This document shows, piece by piece, positions 21,490-30,815 of a stretch of DNA of 57,196 nt (positions are counted from its first letter, which is position 1; the number at the start of each line of letters is the position of its first letter). The position numbers and the translations under genes were made by a program. The notes below the pieces were generated by a model. The model was not told the DNA's origin and did not search any database. It saw nothing but the letters and a program-made list of their open reading frames with translations. The DNA comes from Acetobacteraceae bacterium (GTDB lineage: Bacteria; Pseudomonadota; Alphaproteobacteria; Acetobacterales; Acetobacteraceae): the NCBI GenBank assembly GCA_025055335.1, contig JANWXJ010000255.1, positions 1-57,196 on the forward strand, written 5' to 3'.

Positions 21490-22138
21490 CACGCTCGGGC
21501 TCATCCTCGCCGGCGGCCTCGCCCGGCGCATGGGCGGGGGCGACAAGCCGCTGCGCGAGGCAGGCGGGCGGCCGCTGCTTGCGCATCTGATCGAGCGCCT
21601 CGCGCCGCAGGTGAACGGGCTGCTGCTGAATGCGAACGGCGACCCCGCCCGGTTTTCCGCCTTCGGCCTGCCGGTCGCGCCGGACGGCATCGCGGGCTTC
21701 CCGGGGCCGCTCGCCGGGGTGCTGGCGGGGCTGGATTGGGCGGCCGCCCACCGGCCCGACTGCCCCTGGGTCGTCTCCTGCCCAGGCGACACCCCCTTCC
21801 CGCCCGCCGACCTTGTGGCGCGCCTCCACGCCGCGCGCGAAGCGGCGGGCGTGCCGCTGGCCTGCGCGGCCTCGGGCGGGCAGACGCATCCGCCGGTCGG
21901 CCTGTGGCCGGTCGCGCTGCGCGAGGCGCTGCGCGCGGCCCTGCTGGCGGGCGAGCGGAAGATCGACCGCTGGACCGCCGCGCATGGCTGCGCCGTGGCG
22001 GAATGGCCCGCCGCGCCCACCGATCCGTTCTTCAACGCGAACACGCCCGAGGATGTCGCGGAAGCATCCCGCATCTTGCAAGCGGCGGGGAATCCGGGCG
22101 AAATCCGGCCATCCGAACCGGGAGGAGTTGCGCCATGA
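21479..22138 (+). CDS. mobA: Molybdenum cofactor guanylyltransferase
   Basis: [33 protein letters not shown]. Confidence 0.93.
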   Translation: MRADTLGLILAGGLARRMGGGDKPLREAGGRPLLAHLIERLAPQVNGLLLNANGDPARFSAFGLPVAPDGIAGFPGPLAGVLAGLDWAAAHRPDCPWVVSCPGDTPFPPADLVARLHAAREAAGVPLACAASGGQTHPPVGLWPVALREALRAALLAGERKIDRWTAAHGCAVAEWPAAPTDPFFNANTPEDVAEASRILQAAGNPGEIRPSEPGGVAP

Positions 22139-22260
22139 AGTCCGTTCTGCTTGGCTTCGGCATCAGCGTCGTAATCGCCATCGGCGCGTGGTTCTACCTC
22201 GAGAACAACCTGCAGAAGACGGCGGAGACCGCCTTCGCCACCACCGGCGTCCGCCTCTGA
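22135..22260 (+). CDS. Small single-TM protein, 41 aa
   Basis: [53 protein letters not shown] overlap with mobA, typical codon usage. Confidence 0.75.
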   Translation: MKSVLLGFGISVVIAIGAWFYLENNLQKTAETAFATTGVRL

Positions 22261-22273
22261 CCGGCGCCACCCG

Positions 22274-22308
22274 TCCGCCCCGCGGGACCGCCCGGCCCAC
22301 GGGGCGGA
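22274..22308. terminator. Hairpin between convergent genes (possible terminator)
   Basis: TCCGCCCCG (22274-82) / CGGGGCGGA (22300-08); no long U-tract. Confidence 0.4.
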
Positions 22309-22314
22309 AATGCC

Positions 22315-23562
22315 CTACAGCACCGCCTCGAACGGCAGCACCCGCAGCGGGTCGCCCGGCGCGACGGCGGTGGCGGTCTCCGGCAACTCGGCGAAGCCGT
22401 CGGTCTCGGTGAGCGAGGTCAGCAGCCCCGCCCCCTCCCGCCCGAACTTGCGGGCGACCAGCCCAGCTCCACTCTCCGCCAGCGACACACGCACATATTC
22501 CCGCCGCCCAGCCTTCTTGCGGTAGGCGAAATCCGCCACCGCCGGCACCCGCAGCAGGGGCTTCGCCCGCGCCCCGGCCAGCCGCAGCAGGAGCGGCCGC
22601 GCAAGATGCAGGAAGGTTACGAAGGCTGCCACCGGATTGCCCGGCAGCCCGACCACCGGCACGCCGCGCACCACCCCCATCGCAGCAGGCCGCCCTGGCT
22701 TCACCGCGAGCCGCCAGAACACCAGCCGCCCGCCGGCCTCGATCGCGGCGCGGACATGGTCCTCCTCGCCGGTCGAGACTCCCCCGGTCGTCAGCAGCAG
22801 ATCGTGGCCGGCGGCGGCCTCGGCCAGCGCCGCGGCCGTCCTGTCCCGCCGGTCCGGCAGGATGCCGAGATCCCGCGCCTCGGCGGGCAGGCGAGTCAGC
22901 AGGGCGAGCAGCGCGAAGCGGTTGGCGTCGTAGGTCTGCGCCGGGCCGAGCGGCGCGCCGGGCGAGGCAAGCTCGTCCCCGGTCGAGAACACCCCGACAC
23001 GCACCCGGCGGCTCACCGGCAGCGCCGGCAGCCCGAGCGCCGCGGCGAGGCCGATCTCCGCCGGGCCGAGAACGGTGCCCGCCGCCAGCGCCACCGCCCC
23101 GCGCGCCACGTCCTCCCCGGCCGGCCGGCAGTTGGCGCCGCGCTTCAGCCCGGGCGGCAGGATCACGGCATCCCCCTCGGTCCGCACATCCTCCTGCATC
23201 ATCACCGTGTCGGCGCCCTCCGGCATCGGCGCACCGGTGAACACCCGCATGGCCGAACCGCGCGGGAGGGCTGGCGGCACCGCCCCGGCCGGGGCGCGGC
23301 CGATGACGGGCAGCCGCGTCTCGGCATCCGGTGAGAGGTCGGCGTGGCGGATGGCGTAGCCATCCACCGCGCTGTTGAAGAAGGGCGGCAGCGGCAGCGG
23401 CGCGACGAGATCCGCGGCCAGCACCCGCCCGCGCGCGGCGGCGAGCGGCACCGTCTCGACGCCCCCGAGAGGCGGCACGCGCTCGGCGATCAGCGCCGCC
23501 GCCGCCTCCACCGACAGCAGCGGGCCGCCGAAGGCGAAACAGTCGTCGGAAAGCTGCGCCAT
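22315..23562 (-). CDS. moeA: Molybdopterin molybdo/tungsto-transferase
   Basis: NSAVDGYA, VFTGAPMPEGADTV, FSTGDEL, TTGGVSTGEED, VKPGRP, LPGNP. Confidence 0.94.
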   Translation of the reverse strand: MAQLSDDCFAFGGPLLSVEAAAALIAERVPPLGGVETVPLAAARGRVLAADLVAPLPLPPFFNSAVDGYAIRHADLSPDAETRLPVIGRAPAGAVPPALPRGSAMRVFTGAPMPEGADTVMMQEDVRTEGDAVILPPGLKRGANCRPAGEDVARGAVALAAGTVLGPAEIGLAAALGLPALPVSRRVRVGVFSTGDELASPGAPLGPAQTYDANRFALLALLTRLPAEARDLGILPDRRDRTAAALAEAAAGHDLLLTTGGVSTGEEDHVRAAIEAGGRLVFWRLAVKPGRPAAMGVVRGVPVVGLPGNPVAAFVTFLHLARPLLLRLAGARAKPLLRVPAVADFAYRKKAGRREYVRVSLAESGAGLVARKFGREGAGLLTSLTETDGFAELPETATAVAPGDPLRVLPFEAVL

Positions 23563-24104
23563 CAGGCCGACGCCGGCAGCAGCACAGACAGCGGCACGGC
23601 GTGGCGCAGCACGAGGTCGGCGACGCCCTCGATGTCGTCCAGCGCGACATGAGGCAGGTCGCAGGGCGGCGGCACGTCGGCGGCGATGCCGCGCACCAGC
23701 GGATCCTCCGGGAAGCGCCAGGGCTTGCCGTTGGCCGCGCGGTGGATCTCGATCTTCGGGATCGGCTCGCGCTTGAAGCCCTCGACCAGGATGAGATCCA
23801 CCGGATCGAGCCGCGCCAGCATCTCGGCCAGAGTCGGCTCCGGCGCGCCGCGCAGTTCCGTCAGCAGCGCCCAGCGCAGGGCGGAGCCGACGAGCACCTG
23901 CCGGGCGCCGGCGTGCCGGTGCTCGTAGGAGTCCTTGCCGGGGGTGTCGAGGTCGAAGGCGTGGTGCGCATGCTTGATGGTGGAAACGGAAATCCCCCGC
24001 CCGGCCAGGCAGGGGATCAGCCGCTTCACCAGGGTGGTCTTGCCGGCGCCGCTCCAGCCGGCAAGACCGATCACGCGCGTCCCGCCCGTCCTGCGGGCGT
24101 TCAT
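23562..24104 (-). CDS. mobB: Molybdopterin-guanine dinucleotide biosynthesis protein B
   Basis: GWSGAGKTT, IKHAHH, GKDS, LVEGFK. Confidence 0.94.
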   Translation of the reverse strand: MNARRTGGTRVIGLAGWSGAGKTTLVKRLIPCLAGRGISVSTIKHAHHAFDLDTPGKDSYEHRHAGARQVLVGSALRWALLTELRGAPEPTLAEMLARLDPVDLILVEGFKREPIPKIEIHRAANGKPWRFPEDPLVRGIAADVPPPCDLPHVALDDIEGVADLVLRHAVPLSVLLPASA

Positions 24105-24114
24105 GGCGGCAGGC

Positions 24115-25125
24115 TCAGTCTCCCGCCGCCGCCGCGCCGGCGGGCGGCGCCGAGACGCGGCCGCGCGCCATCTCCTGCTCCACCCACAGGGCGTGGTGCT
24201 CCTTCGCCCAGTTCAGGTCCACCTGGCCGGAACCCATGGCGTCGAAGGCGCCCTCCATGCCGATGGAGCCGATGTAGATGTGGGCCATGATGGCGGCGAT
24301 CATCAGCACCGACAGCAGCCCGTGGACCATATGCGCGAGCTGCTGCCCGGCGATGTCGGTGAAGGCGAAGGGGAACACCAGGATGTAGCCCGAGACCGCG
24401 ACCGCCGCACCGCCCAGCACCGTCAGCCAGAACACCATCTTCTGGCCGCCGTTGAAGCGGCCAGCGGGCGGCGGATGCGCGCCCTTGCCGATCAGGCCGC
24501 CGCCCGCCTTGAACCAGGCGATGTCGCGGCCGTTCGGGATGTTGTCCTTCGCCCAGAGCAGGAACATCAGCACGATGCCGAGCGTGAAGGGGAAGGCGAG
24601 GAAGTTGTGCGCGATCTTGCCCCACAGCGAGAGCGTCGCGAACGCCTCCGGCCCGATCAGCGGCAGGATGAGGAAGCGCCCGAAGGTGAGATTGAGTCCC
24701 GACAGCGCCAGGATGACGAAGGTGGAGGCCGTCATCCAGTGCACGCTGCGGTCGAGCAGGTTGAACCGTTCGATCGTGCGGCCCGACGGCCCGCCCTCGA
24801 TCGGGATGCGCCCGCGCGTCATGTAGAACAGCGCCAGCACCGCGAGCACGCCGAGGATGGCGATGCCGCCCACCCAGGTGAGCGTGGTGTTGTGGAAGTC
24901 CCGCCAGGACTGGCCGGCGGGCTGGATCAGGTTGGCCGCCCGCTCGTCCGGGATGGTGACGCGGCCGGCGATGCGCCCGCCGGTCAGCATCTGCTGCATC
25001 TCGAGCTCGAGCGCACGCGGCGGCACCGGCGCAGGATTGGCAGGCGTACCGACGACGTTCTGCGCCGAGGCCGGCGCCGCGGCGAGGAACGCCGCGGCGA
25101 ACAGGGCAAGGAGGAGGCGGCTCAC
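24115..25125 (-). CDS. Formate dehydrogenase gamma subunit (cytochrome b)
   Basis: RFNLLDRSVHW, KIAHN, RFNGGQK, HMVH, AHIYIG, WAKEHH; N-terminal signal/extension. Confidence 0.92.
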   Translation of the reverse strand: MSRLLLALFAAAFLAAAPASAQNVVGTPANPAPVPPRALELEMQQMLTGGRIAGRVTIPDERAANLIQPAGQSWRDFHNTTLTWVGGIAILGVLAVLALFYMTRGRIPIEGGPSGRTIERFNLLDRSVHWMTASTFVILALSGLNLTFGRFLILPLIGPEAFATLSLWGKIAHNFLAFPFTLGIVLMFLLWAKDNIPNGRDIAWFKAGGGLIGKGAHPPPAGRFNGGQKMVFWLTVLGGAAVAVSGYILVFPFAFTDIAGQQLAHMVHGLLSVLMIAAIMAHIYIGSIGMEGAFDAMGSGQVDLNWAKEHHALWVEQEMARGRVSAPPAGAAAAGD

Positions 25126-25718
25126 GACTGCACCTCAAGGCGATAGGCGGTGCGCCAGCCCCAGGCGCCGGAACCGTAGCCGCGCTGCTGCACGCGCTCG
25201 CGGTAGATCTGCGCGATGATCTGCCCGTCGCCGGCCAGAAGCGCCTTGGTCGAGCACATCTCGGCGCAGAGCGGCAGCTTGCCTTCGGCGAGCCGGTTCG
25301 AGCCGTACTGCGCGTATTCGGCCGCCGTGTTGTCCTGCTGCGGGCCGCCGGCGCAGTAGGTGCACTTGTCCATCTTGCCGCGGCCGCCGAAGTTGCCGAC
25401 GCGCGGATACTGCGGCGCGCCGAAGGGGCAGGCGTAGAAGCAGTAGCCGCAGCCGATGCAGGTGTCCTTGTCGTGCAGCACCACGGCGTCCGCCGTGGTG
25501 TAGAAGCACGACGTCGGGCACACCGCCGCGCAGGGCGCATCCGTGCAGTGCATGCACGCCATCGAGATCGAGCGCTCGCCCGGCTTGCCGTCGTTGATCG
25601 TCACGACGCGCCGGCGGTTGATGCCCCAGGGCACCTCGTGCTCGTTCTTGCAGGCGGTGACGCAGGCGTTGCACTCGATGCAGCGCTCGGCGTCGCAGAG
25701 GAACATCATGCGGGCCAT
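25122..25718 (-). CDS. Formate dehydrogenase beta (Fe-S) subunit
   Basis: CIECNAC, CMHCTDAPC..CP, CIGCGYC..CP, KCTYC..C..C: four Fe-S motifs. Confidence 0.93.
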   Translation of the reverse strand: MARMMFLCDAERCIECNACVTACKNEHEVPWGINRRRVVTINDGKPGERSISMACMHCTDAPCAAVCPTSCFYTTADAVVLHDKDTCIGCGYCFYACPFGAPQYPRVGNFGGRGKMDKCTYCAGGPQQDNTAAEYAQYGSNRLAEGKLPLCAEMCSTKALLAGDGQIIAQIYRERVQQRGYGSGAWGWRTAYRLEVQS

Positions 25719-25736
25719 GGTTCTCGTCCTCCCCTA

Positions 25737-28679
25737 TCAGGCCGCGCGGATCTGGCAGAGCGTGACCTTCGTCTCCTGCATGAAGGTCACGGGGTCGTAG
25801 CCGTAGGTGGTGACGGCGTTCACGCTCTCGCCGAGGACGATCGGGTCGGTGCCCTGCGGGTACTTGCGCCGCTGGTCCTCCTGCATGAACCAGCCGGCGA
25901 AGTGGAAGGGCATCCAGGCCACGCCGCGGCCGACGCGTTCCGTCACCAGCGCCTTCACGCGCACCCACTTGTCGCGCGGCATCTCGGGGCCCTGCACCAG
26001 CACCCAGGCGCCGTCGCGGATGTTGCGCGCCGCGGCGTCGGCCGGGTTGATCTCGATGAACATGTCCTGCTGCAGTTCCGCAAGCCACTTGTTGGACCGC
26101 GTCTCCTCGCCGCCGCCCTCGTATTCCACGAGCCGCCCGGAGGAGAGGATGATCGGGTAGTCGCGCGCGATGTTGCGCTCGATCGCCCGCTGCTGCACCG
26201 AGACGCCGAGATGCGGCAGGCGGAAGGCCCGCCGGTCGGGCAGCGTCGGATACTGCGCCACCAGGTCGGTGCGCGGGGTGTAGATCGGCTCGCGGTGCAC
26301 CGGCACCGGATCGGGCAGGTTCCACGCCACCGCGCGGGCCTTGGCGTTGCCGTAGGCCATCACCCCGTGCTCCATCGTCACGCGGATGATGCCCATCGAG
26401 AGGTCGGTGGCCCAGGAGACGTTGCCGCCGATCCGCTCGATCACCTCGCGCTCGGCCGGCGTCAGCTCCTGGTCCCAGCCGAGCCGGCGCATCACTTCCA
26501 TGGTGAACTCCGGATAGCCGGTGGTGAGCTCGGAGCCGCGGCTCGCGGAGCCGTCCGCCAGCAGCGACACGCCGTTGCGCTCGACCCCGAAGCGGGCGCG
26601 GAAGGTGCCGCCGCCCTCCTTCACGTGCAGCGCCGTGTTGTAGAGGATGTGCGTGCCGGGATGCCGCCATTCCGGCTTGCCCCAGCACGGCCAGGGCAGG
26701 CCGTAGTAGTCGCCCCGCACCTCGGGCGGCGCGTCGGGGCCGGCGCGCAGCGTCGTCAGGTCGAAGTGCTGCTGGTTCGCCATGTGCGCCTTCAGGCGCT
26801 CCGGCGAGATACCCGAGTAGCCCGAGGCGATGGCGCCGCGGTTGATCTCGCGCAGGATGCTCTCCGGCGTGGGCTCGCCGTTCACGATCTCGAAGTTCTT
26901 GAACATGTCCGCCTGGAAGCGGATCGGCATGTTCCGCCGCTCGGCGGCGCGATCGAGCGCGCCGGCAAGCTGGTAGATCGCGTAGTAGTCGCTCTTCGAT
27001 TCGAAGATCGGCTCGACGATCTTCGAGCCCCACTGTACCGAGCGGTTGGACGCGGTGCGGCTGCCCGAGCACTCGAACTGTGTGCAGATCGGCAAGAGGT
27101 AGGTGTTCTCCCGCCGGTTGTGCAGCACCGCGAAGGTGGTGGGGTGCGGGTCCGCCACCACCAGGAGATCCAGCGCCTCCAGGCCGCGCACCGCCTCCGG
27201 CATGCGGGTGATGGTGTTGCCGCCGTGGCCGAACACGATCATCGCCTTCAGCCGGTCGCGCTGGGCAAGCCCGGTCTGCGGGTTCACCTCGGCGGTCGCG
27301 GCGTCGAAGTAGCGCGTCGAGGGGATGCCCGGCATGGTCATGAACTGCGGGCTCTCGAACCGCGCGACCATGCTCTCGTAGGAGACGCCCCACACGCGGC
27401 TCCAGTGCCGCCACGCCGTCTCGTCGATGCCGTAGTAGGCCGGCAGGTTCGCCACATCCAGGCCGAAGTCGGTCGCGCCCTGCACGTTGCAGTGGCCGCG
27501 GAAGATGTTGGCGCCGTTGCCGGGGCCCCCGACATTGCCGGTGGCGAGCAGCAGCACGGAGAAGGCCCGCACATTGGCGGTGCCGACCGTCTTCTGGGTG
27601 GCACCCATGCACCACACAAGGGTGGCCGGCTTCTCGGTGGCGAACTTGCGCGCCACCTCGCGCAGCTGCGCCCCGGGCACGCCCGTCACGCGCTCCACCT
27701 CGGCCGGGTTCCACTTCGCCACCTCGGCGCGGATCTCGTCCATGCCGAACACGCGCTGGCGGATGAACTCCCGGTCCTCCCAGCCATTCTCGAAGATGTG
27801 CCAGAGGATGCCCCAGGTCAGCGGGATGTCGGTGCCGGGGCGGAAGCGGATGTAGTCGGTCGCGTGCGCCGCCGTGCGGGTGAAGCGCGGGTCGGCGACG
27901 ATGACGTTGGCGCGGTTCTTCTCCTTGCCCGACAGGATGTGCTGCAGCGACACCGGGTGCGCCTCGGCGGCGTTGCTGCCGATGAACAGCACCGTCTTGG
28001 CGTTGCGGATGTCGTTGTAGGAGTTGGTCTGCGCGCCGTAGCCCCAGGTGTTCGCCACGCCCGCCACGGTGGTGGAGTGGCAGATGCGCGCCTGGTGGTC
28101 CACGCTGTTGGTGCCCCAGAAGGCCGCCAGCTTGCGGAACAGGTAGGCGCCCTCGTTGGAGAACTTGGCGCTGCCGAGGAAATACACCGACTCAGGGCCG
28201 GAGGCCGCGCGCACCGCCATCATGCGGTCGGCGATCTCGTTCAGCGCGGTCTCCCAGCTGATGCGCTGCCAGCGCCCGCCGGCCAGCTTCATCGGGTAGC
28301 GCAGCCGCCGGTCGCCGTGCACCAGTTCGCGCACCGAGGCGCCCTTGGCGCAATGCGTGCCGCGGTTGATCGGGCTCTCCCACGCGGGCTCCTGACCCAC
28401 CCACACGCCGTTCTGCACCTCGGCGATCACGGTGCAGCCGACCGAACAGTGGGTGCAGATGTTCTTGATCCGCTGCACCGGCGCCGCGTGGTTCACCGGC
28501 CCTGCTTCGGCCTGGCGCGCCACCGTCAGCGGCATGGCGCCGAGCGCGGCGAGCCCGGTGGCCCCGAGCCCGGCGTTGCGCAGGAAGGCACGGCGGTCGA
28601 GCCCGCCGGACGAGAGGCCCTGATAGACGGATGCGAGGCGGGCCTTCGCCGCGATCCGGTCGCTGCGCTTGATCAGCAT
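25737..28679 (-). CDS. Formate dehydrogenase alpha subunit (Mo/W-bis-PGD, Cys ligand, Tat signal)
   Basis: DRRAFLR Tat motif, CTHCSVGC..HCAKG, RICHST active-site Cys-His, RGHCNVQG. Confidence 0.93.
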   Translation of the reverse strand: MLIKRSDRIAAKARLASVYQGLSSGGLDRRAFLRNAGLGATGLAALGAMPLTVARQAEAGPVNHAAPVQRIKNICTHCSVGCTVIAEVQNGVWVGQEPAWESPINRGTHCAKGASVRELVHGDRRLRYPMKLAGGRWQRISWETALNEIADRMMAVRAASGPESVYFLGSAKFSNEGAYLFRKLAAFWGTNSVDHQARICHSTTVAGVANTWGYGAQTNSYNDIRNAKTVLFIGSNAAEAHPVSLQHILSGKEKNRANVIVADPRFTRTAAHATDYIRFRPGTDIPLTWGILWHIFENGWEDREFIRQRVFGMDEIRAEVAKWNPAEVERVTGVPGAQLREVARKFATEKPATLVWCMGATQKTVGTANVRAFSVLLLATGNVGGPGNGANIFRGHCNVQGATDFGLDVANLPAYYGIDETAWRHWSRVWGVSYESMVARFESPQFMTMPGIPSTRYFDAATAEVNPQTGLAQRDRLKAMIVFGHGGNTITRMPEAVRGLEALDLLVVADPHPTTFAVLHNRRENTYLLPICTQFECSGSRTASNRSVQWGSKIVEPIFESKSDYYAIYQLAGALDRAAERRNMPIRFQADMFKNFEIVNGEPTPESILREINRGAIASGYSGISPERLKAHMANQQHFDLTTLRAGPDAPPEVRGDYYGLPWPCWGKPEWRHPGTHILYNTALHVKEGGGTFRARFGVERNGVSLLADGSASRGSELTTGYPEFTMEVMRRLGWDQELTPAEREVIERIGGNVSWATDLSMGIIRVTMEHGVMAYGNAKARAVAWNLPDPVPVHREPIYTPRTDLVAQYPTLPDRRAFRLPHLGVSVQQRAIERNIARDYPIILSSGRLVEYEGGGEETRSNKWLAELQQDMFIEINPADAAARNIRDGAWVLVQGPEMPRDKWVRVKALVTERVGRGVAWMPFHFAGWFMQEDQRRKYPQGTDPIVLGESVNAVTTYGYDPVTFMQETKVTLCQIRAA

Positions 28680-28697
28680 CTTGGTTCCTCCCCGGTC

Positions 28698-28913
28698 TCA
28701 GCCGCCGCGATTGGTGCGGTAGAAGGCCTGCACATGCGGCGAGTTCGGCTGGTAGCGCGCGGCGGTGCGCTCCTGCGCGTTCTCCTTGCGGGCCGGCGGG
28801 CTGGTCTGCGCCGCGGCCGGCGCGACCGCCGCGGCCGCCATGCCGACGCCGAGCCCCAGCGCCTTCAGGAAGCCCCGCCGCTCCTCGCGCCCCGTCTCGT
28901 TCTTCTCGCTCAT
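28698..28913 (-). CDS. Small twin-arginine protein of formate dehydrogenase regions
   Basis: ERRGFLK Tat motif, hydrophobic stretch, C-terminal RYQPNSPHVQAFYRTNR. Confidence 0.85.
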   Translation of the reverse strand: MSEKNETGREERRGFLKALGLGVGMAAAAVAPAAAQTSPPARKENAQERTAARYQPNSPHVQAFYRTNRGG

Positions 28914-28937
28914 GTTTGTCACTCCCACCTGATGTCT

Positions 28938-29543
28938 TCAGGCCGGCAGCTCCGCCGCCGCCGACTCGATCTCCACCGCCAGCCGCCCGAGCCGGCCGAC
29001 CGCGCGGTAGAACCGCGCCGATTCGGCCGCCTCCAGGTCGGCGAAGAACCGCCCGGCCCATGGCTTCATGTGCCGCGCGAAGAAGGCGCCGGCCTCCGCC
29101 GGCAGCGCCGGGAAGGCGCCCGCCAGCAGCCCGGCGAAGGTCTCGCAGACGAAGGCGATGTGGTCCTCGGGCTCCGAGACGCCGGGTGCGCGCTCGATGC
29201 CGAGCCGCGCCAGATCCCCCCGCAGGTCGGCCAGCGGCCGCTCGTGCAGGAAGCCCGTCAGGTAGTAGGAGGCGAAGGGCAGCAGCTCGCCGCGCCCCAC
29301 ACCGATGAACAGGTCGAAGAACTCGCGGTCGGCGGACTCGGGGTCGGTCGCGCGGGCCGCCTCGGCCAGGGCGGCGAAGGCCTCGCCGAGCGGCCCGCCG
29401 CCGCCGAGCGCGCCGAGCCTCCCGAGCAGCCCGGCATCCGGCGGGCCGGCCAGCAGGCGGCCGAGAAGGGCGAACAGGCGCGCGCGCTCAAGGTCGAGCG
29501 GGTCGACACGCCGTCCTTCCGCAGCCGCAAGCGGGACGTTCAT
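28938..29543 (-). CDS. TorD/DmsD family molybdoenzyme chaperone
   Basis: LFIGVGRGELLPFASYY, EPEDHI, FFARHMKPW. Confidence 0.92.
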   Translation of the reverse strand: MNVPLAAAEGRRVDPLDLERARLFALLGRLLAGPPDAGLLGRLGALGGGGPLGEAFAALAEAARATDPESADREFFDLFIGVGRGELLPFASYYLTGFLHERPLADLRGDLARLGIERAPGVSEPEDHIAFVCETFAGLLAGAFPALPAEAGAFFARHMKPWAGRFFADLEAAESARFYRAVGRLGRLAVEIESAAAELPA

Positions 29544-29652
29544 CGCCCCTGCCCTCCGTCCCCGTCGTTAGCGCCCGGCACCGGCCCTGGCCCCAGCGTA
29601 ATCCTCTCCGGGTATACCAAAGCCCGACGCTCGGCTTTCCGCAAGCCCCAAG

Positions 29653-30297
29653 TCATGCCGGCAGGGCGGAGCCGTGGCGGCGGCGCGGCATCGGCGTGGC
29701 GGCGGGTTGTTGGGGGGCGGATTCCGGGGCGGCTTCGGCCGGGGGGACAGGCGCGGCGTCCGGCGGCAGGAAGGCGGGCGGCGGCGTCTCCGGCGGGATC
29801 GCTGCGGCCTGCTGCGGCGCGCCGGGCGCCTCCGCGGCGGTCGGCGCGGCAGTCGCCGCGGCGGCGGCGCGCTCCGCCTGGTCCTGCTCCTCCCGGTCCA
29901 CCCCAAGCAGGCGCCTTGCCAGCGCCTTCGCCTCCTCCGGCAGGTCGAAGCCGAAGCCGGGCACGCCGTCGGGGGCGTTGAAGTCCCAGGCGTAGTCGGC
30001 GGGGCCGACGAAGTCGCGGATCGCCGGGTCGAGGCTCCAGATCCGGCTGAGCGCCGCCTGGCGCAGCGCTGCGGGCACGCCCTTGGCGAAGAACGGGCGG
30101 AGGTCCGATTCGGCGGTCAGGTCCTCGATCTTCGGCAGGGAGGAGAGGTCGAACTCCGGCTCCTCCGCCGCGGCGGGCGGCGTCTCCGGCGGGGGCGGTG
30201 GCGGCACGGCCGGCTCCGGCGTCTTCCCGGCCTCGGCCGCGCGCTTCCGGCGGGACCAGCGGGCAAGGAACCCTTCGCGCTCGCCCTCGCCGCTCAT
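29653..30297 (-). CDS. DUF3306-like protein
   Basis: FLARWSRRK, LRQAALSRIW..DP..DYAWDF; Pro/Ala-rich tail. Confidence 0.8.
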   Translation of the reverse strand: MSGEGEREGFLARWSRRKRAAEAGKTPEPAVPPPPPPETPPAAAEEPEFDLSSLPKIEDLTAESDLRPFFAKGVPAALRQAALSRIWSLDPAIRDFVGPADYAWDFNAPDGVPGFGFDLPEEAKALARRLLGVDREEQDQAERAAAAATAAPTAAEAPGAPQQAAAIPPETPPPAFLPPDAAPVPPAEAAPESAPQQPAATPMPRRRHGSALPA

Positions 30298-30815
30298 TCC
30301 GCCTCCTCCGCCCAGCGCGGCCGACGCTGCGCCAGCGCCTCCGGATCCGCCCGGTCGCGCTTGCGCTTGTGGAACACCCGCTCCTTGTGGTGGCGCGCGA
30401 CATACTCCTCGAGCAAGGCAACAAGCGGGGGCGGCAGCGGCAGCGGCTCCACGAGGTCGGAGGGCGATTCGCCGTAGATCTCGGCCTCGCCGGCGTCCAC
30501 CGTCACCGCCTGCAGCTTCCACCCGGCCGGCGCGGACGGATCCGGCCGCAGCACCACCCACAGGAGCGGCGGTTCCTGCTGCAGGGTGTGGCGGTAGTTG
30601 TCGGTGTCGGTCGGGAAGAGCGCGATCTCCGCCGCCCCGGCGTAGAACAGCGCGGCGTCCCTTTCCTCCCGCAGCAGCGTCCAGGGCTCGGCCTCTGGCA
30701 GGTCGAGCAGCACGGCGACGGGGCGCCAGACCCATTCCGCCCAGGGTGTCGCGCCGCGGCGGCGTTCCACCACCACGCCGACCGGCACGCGCACGCTCTC
30801 CGGATGCGCCGTCAT
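30294..30815 (-). CDS. DUF3305-like protein
   Basis: VGVVVERR..PW..WRPVAV, DNYR, KRKRDR; ATGA-coupled to neighbours. Confidence 0.8.
   Translation of the reverse strand: MTAHPESVRVPVGVVVERRRGATPWAEWVWRPVAVLLDLPEAEPWTLLREERDAALFYAGAAEIALFPTDTDNYRHTLQQEPPLLWVVLRPDPSAPAGWKLQAVTVDAGEAEIYGESPSDLVEPLPLPPPLVALLEEYVARHHKERVFHKRKRDRADPEALAQRRPRWAEEAE

Noticed and set aside
28060..28100. Possible selenocysteine recoding in FDH alpha
   Set aside because: The active-site codon is TGC (Cys) in RICHST; there is no in-frame TGA.
25473..29981. 1502-aa ORF antisense to the FDH genes, and similar long ORFs (12049-15111, 33058-36519, 40057-42429, 6082-8556)
   Set aside because: Shadow frames of real genes in very GC-rich DNA; Arg/Ala/Gly/Pro-rich with no motifs.
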